Below, piece after piece: positions 40,381-53,466 of a stretch of 64,000 nt of DNA. Origin of the DNA: Camelus ferus (lineage: Eukaryota); assembly GCF_009834535.1 (NCBI RefSeq), contig NC_045697.1, positions 118,732,001 through 118,796,000 of the forward strand, given 5' to 3'. The notes beneath the pieces are model-generated. The model did not search any database and was not told where the DNA came from. It worked only from the letters and a program-made list of their open reading frames with translations. Numbering within the stretch: the stretch's first letter is position 1; each line of letters opens with the position of its first letter. The position numbers and the translations under genes were made by a program.

Positions 40381-40930
40381 TGACCTGTGTTCCCAAAAAA
40401 CGAGCCTCTGTGCCCCCAAAAATGAATTCAAACCCAGAGACAGAGTTCTGGGAGTATCAGAGTATCAGAAAAGAGCAGCTTTCTTGCTCTGCCAGGAAAG
40501 GGGAGTCAGGGCAGGCTCATGCCTCAGACACTGTGTATCCATCCTGGGGCTGCTGTCCTGAGGTTTTAGAGAATAGCTGAGCAGAGCAGAAAGATAGCAA
40601 GAGCAGAGTGTTTTTCTGGGGTGCTGCGTTCTTCTTTGTCTCGATGAATCCACCTGGCCTTGTGGAGAAACTCTGTATTCTTTTGAGGCTATCAGCCCAC
40701 GACCACCTTCTCTGAATACAGCTGCTGGGTTAAAGGAGAGGCTATCCTGGGTAAAGAATGTACAAGGAGAGTGAGTGTGATGGAGAGGTTGGGGGTTGAC
40801 CAGAGAGAAGAGACAAACAAGATGCAAGAATTTTAAACCAGAATGGACCAGCAGGCCAGCTCAGCACCAGGGAAGCCACTTCGTTAGTTTGTTTCCTGCT
40901 CTTTTGCTTGGGCCTGCTGATTACTAACAC
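40381..40930 (-). mobile_element. Probable ERV solo LTR
   Basis: TG...CA-bounded block (aaacccagagacagagttctggg...cttgctctgccagg) inserted within L1-like sequence. Family not identified. Confidence 0.45.
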
Positions 40931-41010
40931 ACGACACCAAAAGCCTATGTAGGACTTTTTTTTTAAAAAATCACAATTAATAATGTAGACTTTATAAAAT
41001 TATATATTTC

Positions 41011-41535
41011 TGTAATAGAAGAGAACAGATCTGGCTCTATATTGAATCTGCTCCTTTAGTTTTAACCACTGTGCCCTGTTTTCCAGGCTCAGTCTTGCCA
41101 GCGCTGCACCTTTTGTGAAACAATGTTGCCTTTAGCCTGAAATAGACAGGAGAGCCTATTCTCCGGGCTCTGACCTTTAAGGATGTTAGCACTTCTGCAC
41201 TTATGCAGAGCTGGCAAGCTGCAAACTAGAGAATAACCTTTGTTTTGTTGGAGGTTTACAGGGACACCATGGCCTGGTCCACATGGAAGGCTGCAAGGAC
41301 AAAGAATGCCTGCAGAAAGATGTCTGCACAACCAACCACACCCCCTCCCCTGTTATTTTTTTTTATAAAAGGAGCCTGTATTCTGAATGGGGGAGGATGG
41401 TTCTCCAAGACATTAGTCTGCCATCCTTTTGGTCTGCCAGCTTTCTGAATAAAGTCACTATTCCTCGCCCCAACAGCTCGTCTCCCAATTTTTGGCCTGT
41501 CATGCGGCGAGCAGAACGAGTTTGGATTTAGTAGC
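41011..41535 (+). mobile_element. ERV1-type solo LTR
   Basis: tgtaatag start, tataaaa near 41364, aataaa near 41448, and gcgagcagaacgagtttggatttagtagca end. Confidence 0.75.
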
Positions 41536-43981
41536 AGAAAGAAATGAATCACCAACCTATGCAAAGACATGGATGAATCTTACATGTACAGTGTTAAGTG
41601 TGCAACCAAAAGAAGAAGAAGAAAAATAAAGGAGCAAATAGTAAAAATGTTTATTTGGAGACTTAAGAATTGCATTCAGGAGACGCATATTCAGGAAACC
41701 CTTAAAGAGTGTTTCTGGTAGGAAAAAGGGTCAGAGGCTTACAAAGACTGAAGACCACGAGGTTGCTAAAAGTTGCCTGGTAACACGTGGCCAGCAGCTC
41801 CCCAAGGAGCATCCCCATGCAGAGGTGTCTCTTACTAAATGTGAGCTGACTCCCAGGCCAGCTGCCCTGAAGTTTACTCACCCTTCCCAGGGGAGCCACC
41901 TGGATGTATATAAGGACCCTAAAGGCTGGAGAAAGGGGCTTGGAGCCACACCAGTGACAGCACACATGCTGAGTTGGCGCCTGCAGGCCGCGTAGGACAA
42001 TCCTGGTCCAGGTGCTCTTCTGGACCTGAGTTACCCTCCTCTCCTGGCCTTTATTGCCTTTTTTCTTGCTTCCTCACTTTTGTTTGGGGAGAACTTCCAA
42101 CAGCACTGAGAGACACATTCTCTTCCTTAGCAAAGGGTGCCTGGCCCTGTCAGACCAGGCCGCCTGCACAGCCGGGGCCCCTCACTCCCTCCCACCAGCC
42201 CAGCCCCGTGACCACTGACCAAGCAGGGACCGTGGCCTCAGGTACACCTGCAGATGCTCTGGCTCCAAGTAGGAGGCATTTATACAGACCTCAACCCAGG
42301 CACCCCTGGAAAGGGCTAGTCGGCCGGCTCAGGCTGCCCGGGTCAGCTGGTCCGCCCCCATCAGGGGCTTGCTGTTGCAGGAAACACCCCTTGCTGTGCA
42401 GGCCAGGTCCTAGGAGCAGGTGTGGGGCTCTGACGGTCAGGGCTGCAGCTCTGGCTTGTTTTCTATCATTTTAACTAGCCCACAAGTGGTAGACAATTTC
42501 AAGAAAACCCTCTTCTCATGAGAGAAATCCAGGAGTCAGGAGAAGAAAGGGGCTGAACGGAGACAGAGGCCCCATGCTGTGGGAACCTGGAAGCCCCTGG
42601 AAGGGCCAACGGAGGGGGACCCCGCAGAGCGAAGCCCAGGGTCACAGGTGTGCCCAGGAGCTGCCACTTTGAGGTGCTCAGGGTCAGCTCTGAGCAACAG
42701 GTGGAGCAGAGGGTATTCTGCAGTGAGGGCCACTTGCGTGGTCCCTGTGTGCCGAGCCCTGCCAGGGGGCCTGCCCAGGTGAGTTCCACATCCTGGGAGG
42801 GGCCTGCCCACATCAGCCCCGTGTGTTGCGAGGGGCATGTGAGCGAGCATCCTCTCTTTGCTGCTGGCACAGAGTTGTTTAGCGGCTCACTTCTAGACAG
42901 TGCTGAGACGTGATAAGAACCGGGAGATGTTGTGGGTCCCTGGACCATGCCCAGGGCCCATCCAGAGTGACGAAGTCAGATACTGGCTGCTGTGCTGGGT
43001 AAGGGTGGCCCCATGGGTATTTCCTGTTTCTTCAACCTGACAGCAGCGGCCTCCCCAGGGCAGAGCAGACAGCCTGCCTCAGGTGGGTGGGAGTTCCTGG
43101 TGACCCTGCAGGGGACAAAGGAATGAGGGACCAAGCAGGCAGAGCCAGGGGGTGCATGGCATGAGGGGTCCTTTCTGAGTCCGAGCTGTGAGTGGACGAC
43201 CAGGTGGTGAGTGGGACCCAGGAAAGCTGCCCTGGTGAATGAGAATGAACCTGCTTCAGGGTGACAAGCCCGCTGAGTGACCCTAAAAACAGGATTAGGA
43301 AATGAATCCTGTTAAAGGCAGGTTTTGTAGCATGAGTTCCACTGAAAAGAACATTTTGCAAAGTGAATTCTCCTATAGGGAGGCTCTGTGGGCTGGTGCC
43401 CTCTGAGGGGGGATGTGGAGCCTGCTGGGGGTCACCCTGAGCAGGCAGAGGGTCCAGACCTCACACTGTGGCACCATGTCTGTGCTTGTGGGTGGTTTCT
43501 TGGCTCCTCGGAGCCTCAGCTTCCCAGTCTGCTCGTGGGGGGTGGCATCGTGGATTGACCAGTACTTTGCTCAGAACAGGGTAGAAAGGGGTGTTATGGA
43601 AATGTCCCAGAATCCTGACCATAGGGGAATTGCAGGCACTGGTTCCCACATGTTTTACTTCAGGATCAGGGGAGCAAATCTAAGCTGACTTGCAGCAGAG
43701 CCTGGGGATGGACTCATCTTGGTGGGTCCTTTGTCTTCTGAATCTCAGAGTGGGGAGGCTCCAGTGGGCAGTGGAAGAGTCATCCCATACCCAGAAACAT
43801 CCAGACCCCCATTCAACTCCCTACAGCAGCCTGATTCCCAGTCACCAGCCGAGGGCCGTCTCTACCAGCTGACCTCCCTCAGAACAACAGGCTGGTGTTC
43901 TGTCTTTCAGCACAGAGGTGTCTCCTGTTTCTTGCTGAAACTTGGTGGGGGGAGGGAGATGCTGCTGGCTGACCTCTTAGT

Positions 43982-44033
43982 CTTGCTGAGGGACCCTTGC
44001 TGAGGGACCCTTGCTGAGGGACCCTTGCTGAGG
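43982..44033. repeat. Perfect 14-bp tandem repeat (cttgctgagggacc), about 3.7 copies
   Basis: Directly visible in the sequence. Confidence 0.95.
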
Positions 44034-44671
44034 CCTTCTCTCCGGGAGTTTAGGAGCATGGCCGGGGATCCCTGGACATTATGCTGGCTGCACAGAAGTG
44101 AGACACCTGCCTGGGCTGGGCATCCCCAACAGGCCCGCCTGACCCCTGGACCACGGCACCTCCTACCACAGTGATAGCCTGGTGCACTGGGTGCCGTACC
44201 GTGATCGTGACACGTGTAAACGGGCAAGGTCTTGGGAGCTTTCCTGCCTGCCGCGTGGCTTCCAGCCCACCATGGAACCTCCAGGCGTGCCGTGGACACC
44301 CCCATCCAGTCATGGACTCCCACTCCTGCCATGGACACCCCCATGCCATTAGCCCCCAGGAGGCCTGCGGGGAGGGGTGAGAACTTGGCCATGAAGAAGA
44401 CAGGGCAGGCCCTAACTGCAGCAGGTGGAGGGAAGTACCAAAGGTGCCCAAGTGTCTGTCCCACAAAGGCCCAGGATGGTGGTTTCAAGGTATGAGGGCC
44501 CCAAGTGCAGGGGCCACCTCTGCCTGCAGCAGGGCTCCTCTGGGGAGCTGCCGCAGGGATACATTCTCTTCTGATGACTCTGCAACTGTCCTGCCCACTC
44601 AGTTGCAGCCCTGAGCCCCACAACAGCCTTTGGATGGTATGTCTTTTGTTTGTTTGTTTTTATTCAAAGGC

Positions 44672-44771
44672 TTTTTTTTTTTTTTTTAACATTTTTTATT
44701 GAGTTATAGGCATTTTACAATGTTGTGTCAACTTCCAGTTGACACCATCTGAGCACAATTTTTCAGTTATA
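44672..44771 (-). mobile_element. Short young L1 3' end
   Basis: Poly-T plus aacattttttattgagttataggcattttacaatgttgtgtcaa; same type as 14357-15062. Confidence 0.8.
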
Positions 44772-45552
44772 TTTTTGTTGGTTGGTTGGTATATTTTTAA
44801 AGAAGGAAAAGATTTAATCAGTAATAATAATACATTTTTACTAGAACATTAGGAAAATGTAAAGATTTATTTTGCTTCTGGATGGAAAGATTGAATATGA
44901 TAAAGCTGGTAGTTATTTCCAAATTAACTTGTAGATGTAATGTATTTTTTTCTCCTTTTTCAGTTTTATTAGGTAGAATTACTACAGTCAGACGGCACAG
45001 ACACATTCTACTGAATGCAGAGACATATACACAGTACACTGCACTTTTTTTAAGTTTACATGTATGTACTAATTATTGTTTCTGAGAACAGACTGACATT
45101 TCTCACCTGACAGACTTGCCCTGAGAATGGGTTTTCACCCCATGTCAGAGCCCAGCGTGGCCACCCTGCATGCCCTGTGTGTCCCGGAGTCTCAGGAGGC
45201 CACAGCGTTGGGGCACCTTTAGCACCGTGGACCCCAGGGCATTTCACAAAGGCCATAGACTGATCTGAGGAGGAGGGGGAGCCAGCCCCTCCCTTCCCCT
45301 CACAGCTAGGATGCCATGTATGCAAGGGGGGCCTGGACTGAGCTAAACCACAAACTGAGGCCTCCTGCACTTGCCCTGGTAGACCATAAGGCCTTCCTTG
45401 GGGCCGATCCCGCCCCGACCTTGACTGCAGGATTGGGAAGCCCCAGACCACCCCAGGTTCTGTTTTCTGGGAGGCTCCCAGGGTTCACCAAAGCATTACA
45501 CTCAGGGTGAGTGCTTGTCACGGGGAAAGAACAAGAGCCAGGTGGTACTGAC

Positions 45553-46092
45553 TGTTGGGGTACTTGATGCCCCGGGGTGGGGGGAGGGACTTTTCCTCTG
45601 CCCTCTTTGGGTCTATACCACAGATCAGCAAATTAAAGTGACAAATGACAGATAAACAGGAGCACAAGGTTTATCACATCTGTGCACAGAGCCCTTCGCA
45701 CAACTCGAGACCCAGAAAACAGACTTAAGGGCTCACATGCCATTTTAGCAAAAGGGGTTACGTTTCTGGAGAAGCGACAAGAGAAAAGAAAACAGGTTTC
45801 AGCTTCCAGGGACAGTCAGTTGTGGGAATGTGAAAACATGGGGGGAAACTAGGGGAGACAAAGCCTGCTCAGCAAGGCTGGGTTTGCAGGCAGGCTGCCA
45901 TCGGTGAGGGCTCAGATGGTAAGGCCCCTTCTCCCCTTCCTTGTGCGGGAGGGGGAGGCTTCCTCACAGAGGGAGCCGGTGGTGGGGGCGGGGAGCGGCT
46001 TGCTTTCTGCTGCTTCTCAGCCCCCTTCAGCTCAAAGTGACCCTTATGCCAAAGTGGTACATTTAGGGTGGCAAATTTTGATCCCCCGTTCA
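45553..46092 (-). mobile_element. ERV1 MER4-group-like solo LTR
   Basis: The reverse complement begins tgaacgggggatcaaaatttgccaccctaaatgtaccactttggcataagg, which resembles the start of the LTRs at 759 and 5049. Confidence 0.65.
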
Positions 46093-47159
46093 GCTGTATA
46101 CAAAGACTTGCTAACAGCTGGAGATGGTGCCAGTGGGTGGGCTCCCCCAGACTAGACATAACTCTTTCCCTGCAGAGGAGAAGGTCCAGAATTTTGGGGT
46201 GATGGCCAGCATGCTGCATGCTTACCACGGGACCCAGTTCTGCCCACCTCACACACTTTAGCTCAGGGAATCTGCCCTATCACCCTATGAGATGGGTGCT
46301 GTTACCAATCCCATTTTCCAAGTGGGAAACCAAGGCACGGACATGGGGGTTACTGGTCCAAGGGTGGCTCATAGGTGGTGGAGCTCAGATGCAAACCCAG
46401 CTCTTCATCACTTCTTCAGAGAGGATGGCTTCTGTTGGTTTCCTGGGGCTGCATAGCAAACGCCACAAACTGGTGGATAAACAGCAGACATCTATTGTCT
46501 CAAGGAATCTGGGGCCTGGAGGTCTGAGTTCAAGGTGTCAGCAGGGTTGGTTTCTCCTGCAGCCTCCCTCCCTGGCAGATTTTATTCAGGAGCTATTGCA
46601 GTGGAGTGGGCAGAGGGGGAGAGGCCCCTCTGCAGAGCTGGGCTCCACCCAGGATCAGCTGACCGGATGGCCCGACAGCCTTTCACTGCTTCTGCCCTGC
46701 AGGCCTGTCCTGCCCAGGAATCCAGTGTGGCCGCCTCCTGCTGGGAGCCCAGGATGCTTGAATCAGGCCACGTCTTGCCTGTCCTTGCAGGAGACTGGGC
46801 TGCACTGCGACAAACTCCTGGCTTGCCCTTGGATCCTGACCATCGCATGATCAGAGCAATCGGTAATATTTTTTTCTTGCATGTGGAAATGTTTAATGAC
46901 AGAAAGATTTGGTTCAGCTTCCTGATGTAGGTAAAGTGCAGAGCCCAATGCTGGTTTATTCTCCAAGCAATGTTTAAGCCCTAGTTCTCCACGCCCAAGT
47001 TGAGGGGCAGATGTGTGTGACCTGTGCCTCCTTGGATAGCGGCCCTCAGCTAGTTTAAACTGACCAGATTCTGTCTACATGGTAAATTTAGATTTCTCCA
47101 TATTCTGTGTGCACTGAGCACATTTAGACCTGACTGTTTTCTGCAAACATTAGGTCACA

Positions 47160-48015
47160 GGGACCTGAGTGAAGACCCAGGCCAGTCTGTGAACTTGGGA
47201 GGCACGTGGAGACTTGGATGAAGGCCTGCCCCCAGTCCTGGGAGTTTCAGGATACCCGTGTAGACTGGGTAGATACCCAGTCTGGCCTTTGTTTTGGGAG
47301 CATCAGGGTGTCCCTGCTGACTTGGTTGGAGACCCTGCCTTTTCTCAGTCCTGGGAGTTTAAGGGGCCACTTGAGGATGTGGATAGTGACCTGATTTGAC
47401 CTCAGTCCTTGGAGCTTCTAGGAGAACACTGGGACCTGGGTAGAGACCCAGCCTGGCTTCAGTTTTAGGAGCTTGAGGGGTCCATGGTGACCTGGATATT
47501 GGCTCCTCCCTGTCTCAGTCCTGGGAGCTTCATTTGACGTGTGGGGTCCTGGGTAGGGACAGAGCATGGCCTCAGTCCTTGAAGCTTCAAGGGGGATGTG
47601 GGGATCTGTGTAGAGACACCATCTAGCCTCAGTGGAAGCTTTCAGGTGACATAGGGACCTGGGAAGAGACTCAGCCTGATCTCAGTACTGAGCGCTTCAG
47701 GGGGGACCCGTCACGCTGGGTAGAGACCTGTCATCCATACTGGGTGCTTCAAGGTGGATATCGAGACCTGGGTAGAGAAATAGCCTTGCCTCACTCTGGG
47801 GAGCTAAACGGGGTCCAGGGACCCCTGGGTAAAGACCCATTCTGGCCTCGGTCCTGGGGTTTCTGTGGGGACCTGGCCTGACCTTGGTTCTGAGGGCTTC
47901 AGAGTGGATATAAGGATTTGTGTAGAGACCCAGCCTCCCCGCAGTTCTGGGAGGTTTAGAGGGGACGTGGGGACCTGGGTAGAGACTTGGCCTCAGTCCT
48001 TGGAGGTTCAGGGTG
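47160..48015. repeat. Diverged minisatellite, 57-bp modal period, about 15 units
   Basis: The anchor gggtagagac and its variants occur at 47267, 47324, 47381, 47438, 47494, 47551, 47608, 47661, 47718, 47770, 47827, 47920 and 47977. Approximate consensus ggacctgggtagagacccagcctggcctcagtcctgggagcttcagggggacgtgg. Confidence 0.9.
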
Positions 48016-48169
48016 AAGGTGTTGGCAAGAATGCAGGGGGTGGGGTGAATGTAACTCAATGAGTGTGGGGTTGCAGCCCGGGATGAAAGAGAAACATCTT
48101 CCCTGTGGGACAGAGATGCGGGTCCCTATCTTCACATCTCCCCAAGGTGTCTCCCTTGTGTGAGTACCA

Positions 48170-48542
48170 AGAAGCGTCATTGCTGGATTGTATTACACAG
48201 GAACGTTTCATTTTTGGAAGAAACTGCCAACCTATCTCCAACTGTCATGTGTGTGCCATTTTGCATTCCCATCAGCAACGAATGAAAGCCCTTTCACCAC
48301 CACATCGTCATCAGCATTTGGTGCATGTCAGGCTTAGACTTTGGACATTCTATATAGTGTCAAGTGACATTTCACGTGATTTCTTAATGACATATGACGT
48401 TGAGCATCTTTTGCAGCTGAATTCCTTCTTTAGTAAGATGTGTTTTCAGGGCTGTGGCCCATTTTATTAATCAGTCTGTTTGTTTCCTTATCGCAGAGTT
48501 TTAAGGGTTCTTGATACATTTTGGAAAACAGTTCTTTATTGC
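48170..48542 (-). mobile_element. Old L1 ORF2-end fragment
   Basis: gaaactgccaa...ccattttgcattcccatcagcaacgaatgaa...atgacgttgagcatctttt. Confidence 0.75.
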
Positions 48543-48544
48543 AT

Positions 48545-48810
48545 ACTGTCTTCCCTCGGTGCCCACGGGGGCTGGTTCCAGGACTGCACAGATACCAAAA
48601 TCCATGGATGGTCAAGTTCCTTCTATAAAAGGGCATATAGTACCTTCACATACGCTACACACACCCTCCCATATACTTTAAATCACCCACAGGTTACTTA
48701 GAATACTTAATACAATGTAAATGTTATGCACTTTTTGGACATTTCTGGAATTTCTTTTCCAATATTTTTGACCTGCAGTGAGTTGAATCCATGGATGAGG
48801 TGTGCACAGG
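48545..48810 (+). mobile_element. MER2 (Tigger-family) DNA element
   Basis: ccctcggtgcccacgggggctggttccaggac...gataccaaaatccatggatggtcaagttcc...gttgaatccatggatg. Confidence 0.8.
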
Positions 48811-48814
48811 TAGA

Positions 48815-49092
48815 TTCATGCCTCTTTCCTGGCTTCTGGTGATTTGCAGGCAATCTCTGTGGTTTCTTGGCTTGAAGAAGCCACAATCTGATCTCCATCT
48901 TTACCTTCCCAGGGTGTTCTTGTGTGCATCTGTCTCTGTTTTTTAAAAATAATATCAGAAGCCTTTTTGGATTAGGGGCTCATTCCACTCTGGTATGACC
49001 TAATTATAACTCAGCTAATGACATCGGCAATGCCCCTGGATCCAGATGCGGTCACATGCTGAGACACTGGGAGTTAGGACGTAGGAATCTAG
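48815..49092 (-). mobile_element. MaLR (MLT1) LTR fragment
   Basis: catgcctctttcctggcttctggtgatttgcaggcaatc...ggtcacatgctgagacactgggagttaggac. Confidence 0.7.
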
Positions 49093-49257
49093 AGTGGGGG
49101 CGGAACACACGGGTGTTTCAGCAGGACATCTCCTTCTTAAACACTGGCACTTCCCCTGTCAGCTCCTCAGGGATCTGCCCACTTTATGCAGGACTCCTGA
49201 TAGGGGAGGGCTGTCGACAAGTATGTGGACTTAATAACCCTTCACAGTCGTAGACTA

Positions 49258-49500
49258 GGGAGGCAGCATAGCATGGTGGTTTAGTGCCCAGGCTCGGGGC
49301 CAGAGTGCCTGGGTTTGGGTCTGGCTGCTGCCAGTCCCCGGTCATGCGACCTTGGGCAAGTAACTTCACCTCTCTGCTTCAGTTTCCTGAACTGCAAGGT
49401 AAGGGTAATAGTGCAAAGTGCACAGGGTTGCTTAGAATCTGACGTGAATGAACACCTGGGAAGAGCTTGAATCCTTGTCTAGGAAGCACCTGATACGATA
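49258..49500 (+). mobile_element. MIR SINE
   Basis: gaggcagcatagcatggtggttta...gaccttgggcaagtaacttcacctctctgcttcagtttcct core. Confidence 0.75.
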
Positions 49501-50436
49501 TGAGCAATTGATACTATTAAAACAACTTCTAAATCTAAAATGCTGTCATTGAGGAACCTTCAAATGGCCCATAATCAAGGACCAAATCGGTGGGATGCAG
49601 CTTAGAGGAGCCCATAGGATGTAAGATGTCCAGGGACCGAAGGGTCTTTCCACACTATCTACTTGAGTCTTCTCATTTTGCAGATGAGCGACCCAGGGTT
49701 GAGAAAAAGGAAGTAACTAGCGCTGGAGCAATGGACCCATTTGTGGTAGAACCAGGGCTGTTAACTCAGACGCATGTTCCTTCTGCTCCTCTCTTACTTT
49801 AGATCAGTGAAAAAACCAAGCCTTTCATCATGCACTGCACGCCTGCTCCAGCCTAGGTCCGACATTGGGCTCTGTAAATACACGTGTGTAGTACAGTCCT
49901 TAGTCTCTAAGGGTGCTTAGAGCTCAGCAAAGAGATGAACATGTCTAAGAAGCACAGTGATGTCCTAGCTCTCATGCCCTTTTCCCTGGTTCTCCTGCAG
50001 CAAATAGAAAGGTGCTAAAGGTGCCCCAATGCTGTGGCCTCCTGTTTCTTTCAAAGGGCAGTATTGTTGGGGAAGGTGAGACCTGGGATGAAGCAGCGAA
50101 TTTTGAAGGATGCTTCCCACAGCAAGTGTCTGGCTTGTAGCAAAGGACACAGAGGCTGAGGATGGCAGAATACAGTTTGCTCATGCTGCATGCCACTGCT
50201 TGCTCCTAGCATGCTTCCTTCCTGAAGTCTGGCCCCTTTTGGTCTGTTTCACTTCTTCCACTGAGGAACTGGCTCATTCCAAGGTGGAATTAGGGTTGAT
50301 GGGTGTCAGGTAGGAAAGTTTTCTCATCAGGAGAGTAGGGGAATAAGGAAAAGAGAAAAAAACTCTGTTTACTCTTTAAGCCCCAGGTAGACTTGAAAGA
50401 CAGCCAGTAATAACCTGACTCCTCCTTCCAATCCTC

Positions 50437-53195
50437 TCTTTTTCATATTGAATTATATAGTTGGTTCACCACGTTTTGTTAGTTTCTGGTGTACAGCATA
50501 CTGATTCAGATATACACATATATTATTCACCATATTCATTACCATTACAGGTTATTACATGATACTGTACATAGTTCCCTGTGCTGTGCAGTAGGACCTT
50601 GTTGTTTATCTCTTGTAGATATAGTAGTTAGTATCTGGAAATCTTGAACTCCCAATTGATCCCTCCCTTCCTAGTCCCCCTACTCCGGGAACCATTTATT
50701 TGTTTTCTATGTCTGTCTGACCCTGTTTCTGCTTTGTAAGTAAATTAATTTGTGCCACGTTTTTTAGATCCCTCATATAAGTGATATCATACAATATTTT
50801 TTTCCTCTGTCTTACTTCACTTGGTGTGATAATCTCTAAGTCCATCCATGTTGCTGCAAATGGCATTATTTTATTCTGTTTTACATTTGAGTTGTATTCT
50901 GTTATCTTTCTGTCTGTCTGCCTGTCTATCTAAAAAAACTTCATCTCATAATCTGACCATGGACATTTAGGTTACTTTCATGTCTTGGCTTTTGTAAATA
51001 GTGCTGCTGTGAATATTGGGGTGCAGGTGTCTTTTTGAATTAGAGTTTCCTCCAGATACATGCTCAGGAGTGGGATGGCTGAATCATATTTTAAGTCTCA
51101 CTTTAATTTTTTTTAAGGAATCTTCATACTGTTTTTTATAGTGGCTGCACCAAAATAACGTTCCCACCAGTAGTGTAGGAGTTTGCCCTTTTCTCCATAC
51201 CCTCTCCAGCACTTATCATTTGTGGACATTTTAATGATAACCATCCTGACCAACAACAGATCAGACCTCACTGTAGTTTTCTTTTTTTTTTTCCTCTAAT
51301 AATTAGAGATATTGAGCATCTTTTTTATGAGCCTATTGGCCACCTGTATGTTTTCTTTGGAGAAATGTCTCTTTAAGTCCTCTGCTTATTTTTTGACTGG
51401 ATGGCTTTTTTCCTTCTGTTGCTAGTTGTATGAGCTCTTTGGAAATTCTTGGAAATTAAACCCTTGTCAGTTGCATCATTTGTTACTGAGTTCTGTGGGC
51501 TGTTTTTATAGTTTGGAAATTAAGCCCTTATCAGACGCATTATTTACTAATTATGTCCTTGTCAGTCAAAACGTATTTCTTAGGTTGTCTTTTCATTTCA
51601 TTTATGGTTTTGTGCAAGAAAACCTTATATGTTTAATAAAGTGTCATTTGTTTATTTTGCTTTTATTTCCATTGCCTCAGTAGACTAACCTAGGAGAAAA
51701 TTGCTACAATTTATGTCAGAGAATGTATTGCCTATGTTCTCTCCTAAGAGATTTATGGTGTGCTGTACATGTTTAAGCCTTTAAACTGCTTTGAGTTTAT
51801 TTTTGTGTATGGTATAAGGGAGTGTTCTAGCTTCATTGATTTCCATTCAGCTGTCCACCTTTCCCAGCACCACTTGCTAAAGAGACTGTTCTTACTCCAT
51901 GGTATATTTTTGACTCCTTTGTTGAAGGTTATTGGATAGTAGGTGTCTGGGTTTATCTCTGGGCTCTCTGTTCTGTTCCATTGATCCAAATGTCAGTTTT
52001 TGTACCAGTACCACACTATTTTTATTTCTGTATCTTTGTAGTAATGTCTGAAGTCTAAGAGGATTATGCCTACAGTTTTGTCCTTTTTCTTCAGTATTTG
52101 GAAATTCAGGGTCTTCTGTGATTTCATATAAATTTTAGTATTTATTTAGTATTTATTCTACTTCTGTGAAAAATGTCCTGTGCAATTTGATAGGAATTGC
52201 ATTAAATCTGTAGATTGCTATGGGCAGTATGGCCATTTTAACAATATTAATTCTTCCAAGAGCATCAGATGTCTTTTCATTTCTTTAAATCTTCCTTAAT
52301 TTCCTTTATTAATGTTTTATGGTTCTCAGCTTATAAGTCTTTCCCTTCCTTGGCCAGGGTTAGTTCTAAGTATTTTATTTTGTTGATGCAATTTTAAAAG
52401 GAATTGTTTTCTAAGAGTCCTTTTTTGAAATTTCACTTTTAGTGTAAAAAATGCAACAGATTTCTGTGTTAATATTGTATCCTGCTACTTCACTGAATCT
52501 GTGCAACAGCTCTAGCAGTTTTTGTGTGGACTTAAGGTTTTCTATATGTAGTATCTTGTCATCTGAATCTAGTGACAGTTTTACTTCTTTGCTTCCAATT
52601 AGGATCCCTTTTATTTCTTTTCCTTATGTGATTGTATGCCTAGGATTGCTAACCCTGTGTTGAATAGAAGTGATGATAGCGGACATCCTAGTCTTGTTCT
52701 AGATTTTAGCAGGAAGGCTTTCAACTTTTCACCACTGAGTTTTACGTTGGCCTTGTGTTTGTCCTAAATAGTTTTTATTATGTTGAGATAACTTTGGTAA
52801 GTTTTTGTTATGAAAAGATGTTGAATTTTATCAAATGCTTCTTTTGCGTCTATTGAGATGATCATGTACTTTTTGCCCTTTCTTTTGTTGATGTGGTTTA
52901 TCACTTTGATTGACTTGCATATTTTGTACCATCCTTGTGATGAATACAACTTGATCATCATGCAAGATCTGCTTTTCATTTTGTTGGCTTCAGTTTGCTA
53001 ATTTTTTGCTGAGAAAGTTTGGAGCAATATTCATCAAAGATATGGCCTATAATTTTCTTTTTTTGTAGGGTCTTTGTCTTATTTCAGTATCAGGGTGATG
53101 CTGGCTTCATAGAATGGGTTTGGGAGTGTTTGCTTCTCTTCTATCTTTGGAAGAGTTTGAGAAGTCTTGGTATCAATTCTTATAATGTTGGGTAG
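50437..53195 (-). mobile_element. 5'-truncated L1 (about 2.7 kb: 3'UTR plus ORF2 up to the RT region)
   Basis: The ORF track gives [13 protein letters not shown]...FSKWCWE and INHINKRKGKKYMIISIDAKEAFDKIQH. Many stops and frameshifts. It abuts the NUMT. Confidence 0.9.
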
Positions 53196-53199
53196 AATG

Positions 53200-53388
53200 A
53201 TAAGATTAATGACCTTAGTGGTCCATTAATAAATGATTTGACTGCATCAGCAATGGCTTGTAATCACCCACAGGGACTGACACTGTTTCACGATTTTTGA
53301 ATTTGTATATAGTCTTGGACGTTAATCTGAGGAATGCTATGTTCAGTAAAATTGGAATCATCTGTGAAAGAATTCTGCTGGTTATCAT
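53200..53388 (-). pseudogene. ND1: NUMT: ND1 5' fragment (copy A)
   Basis: Minus strand atgataacc...attccaattttactgaacatagcattcctc...caagccattgctgatgcagtcaaatcatttattaatggaccacta matches ND1 IPILLAVAFL...QPIADAIKLFIKEPL. Confidence 0.85.
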
Positions 53389-53391
53389 TTT

Positions 53392-53466
53392 TGTAAGAAG
53401 AGGACTTGAAATTCTGTGGATAAAGCTTTAAATTTTACTCAATTATCAGTTCCTGCCACACTAAAC
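53392..53466 (-). pseudogene. NUMT: mt-tRNA-Leu(UUR) (copy A)
   Basis: gtttagtgtggcaggaactgataattgagtaaaatttaaagctttatccacagaatttcaagtcctcttcttaca lies between 16S and ND1. Confidence 0.8.

Noticed and set aside
41974..46930. Cluster of overlapping 130-240-aa ORFs in the GC-rich block
   Set aside because: ORFs on both strands are expected from stop-codon scarcity at high GC. Several overlap LTR/MIR/MLT fragments, and I recognise no protein family or exon structure.
47160..48015. CRISPR-like repeat-spacer array
   Set aside because: The whole 57-bp unit is homologous between copies, so there are no unique spacers. The repeats are degenerate, there are no cas genes, and the context is mammalian.
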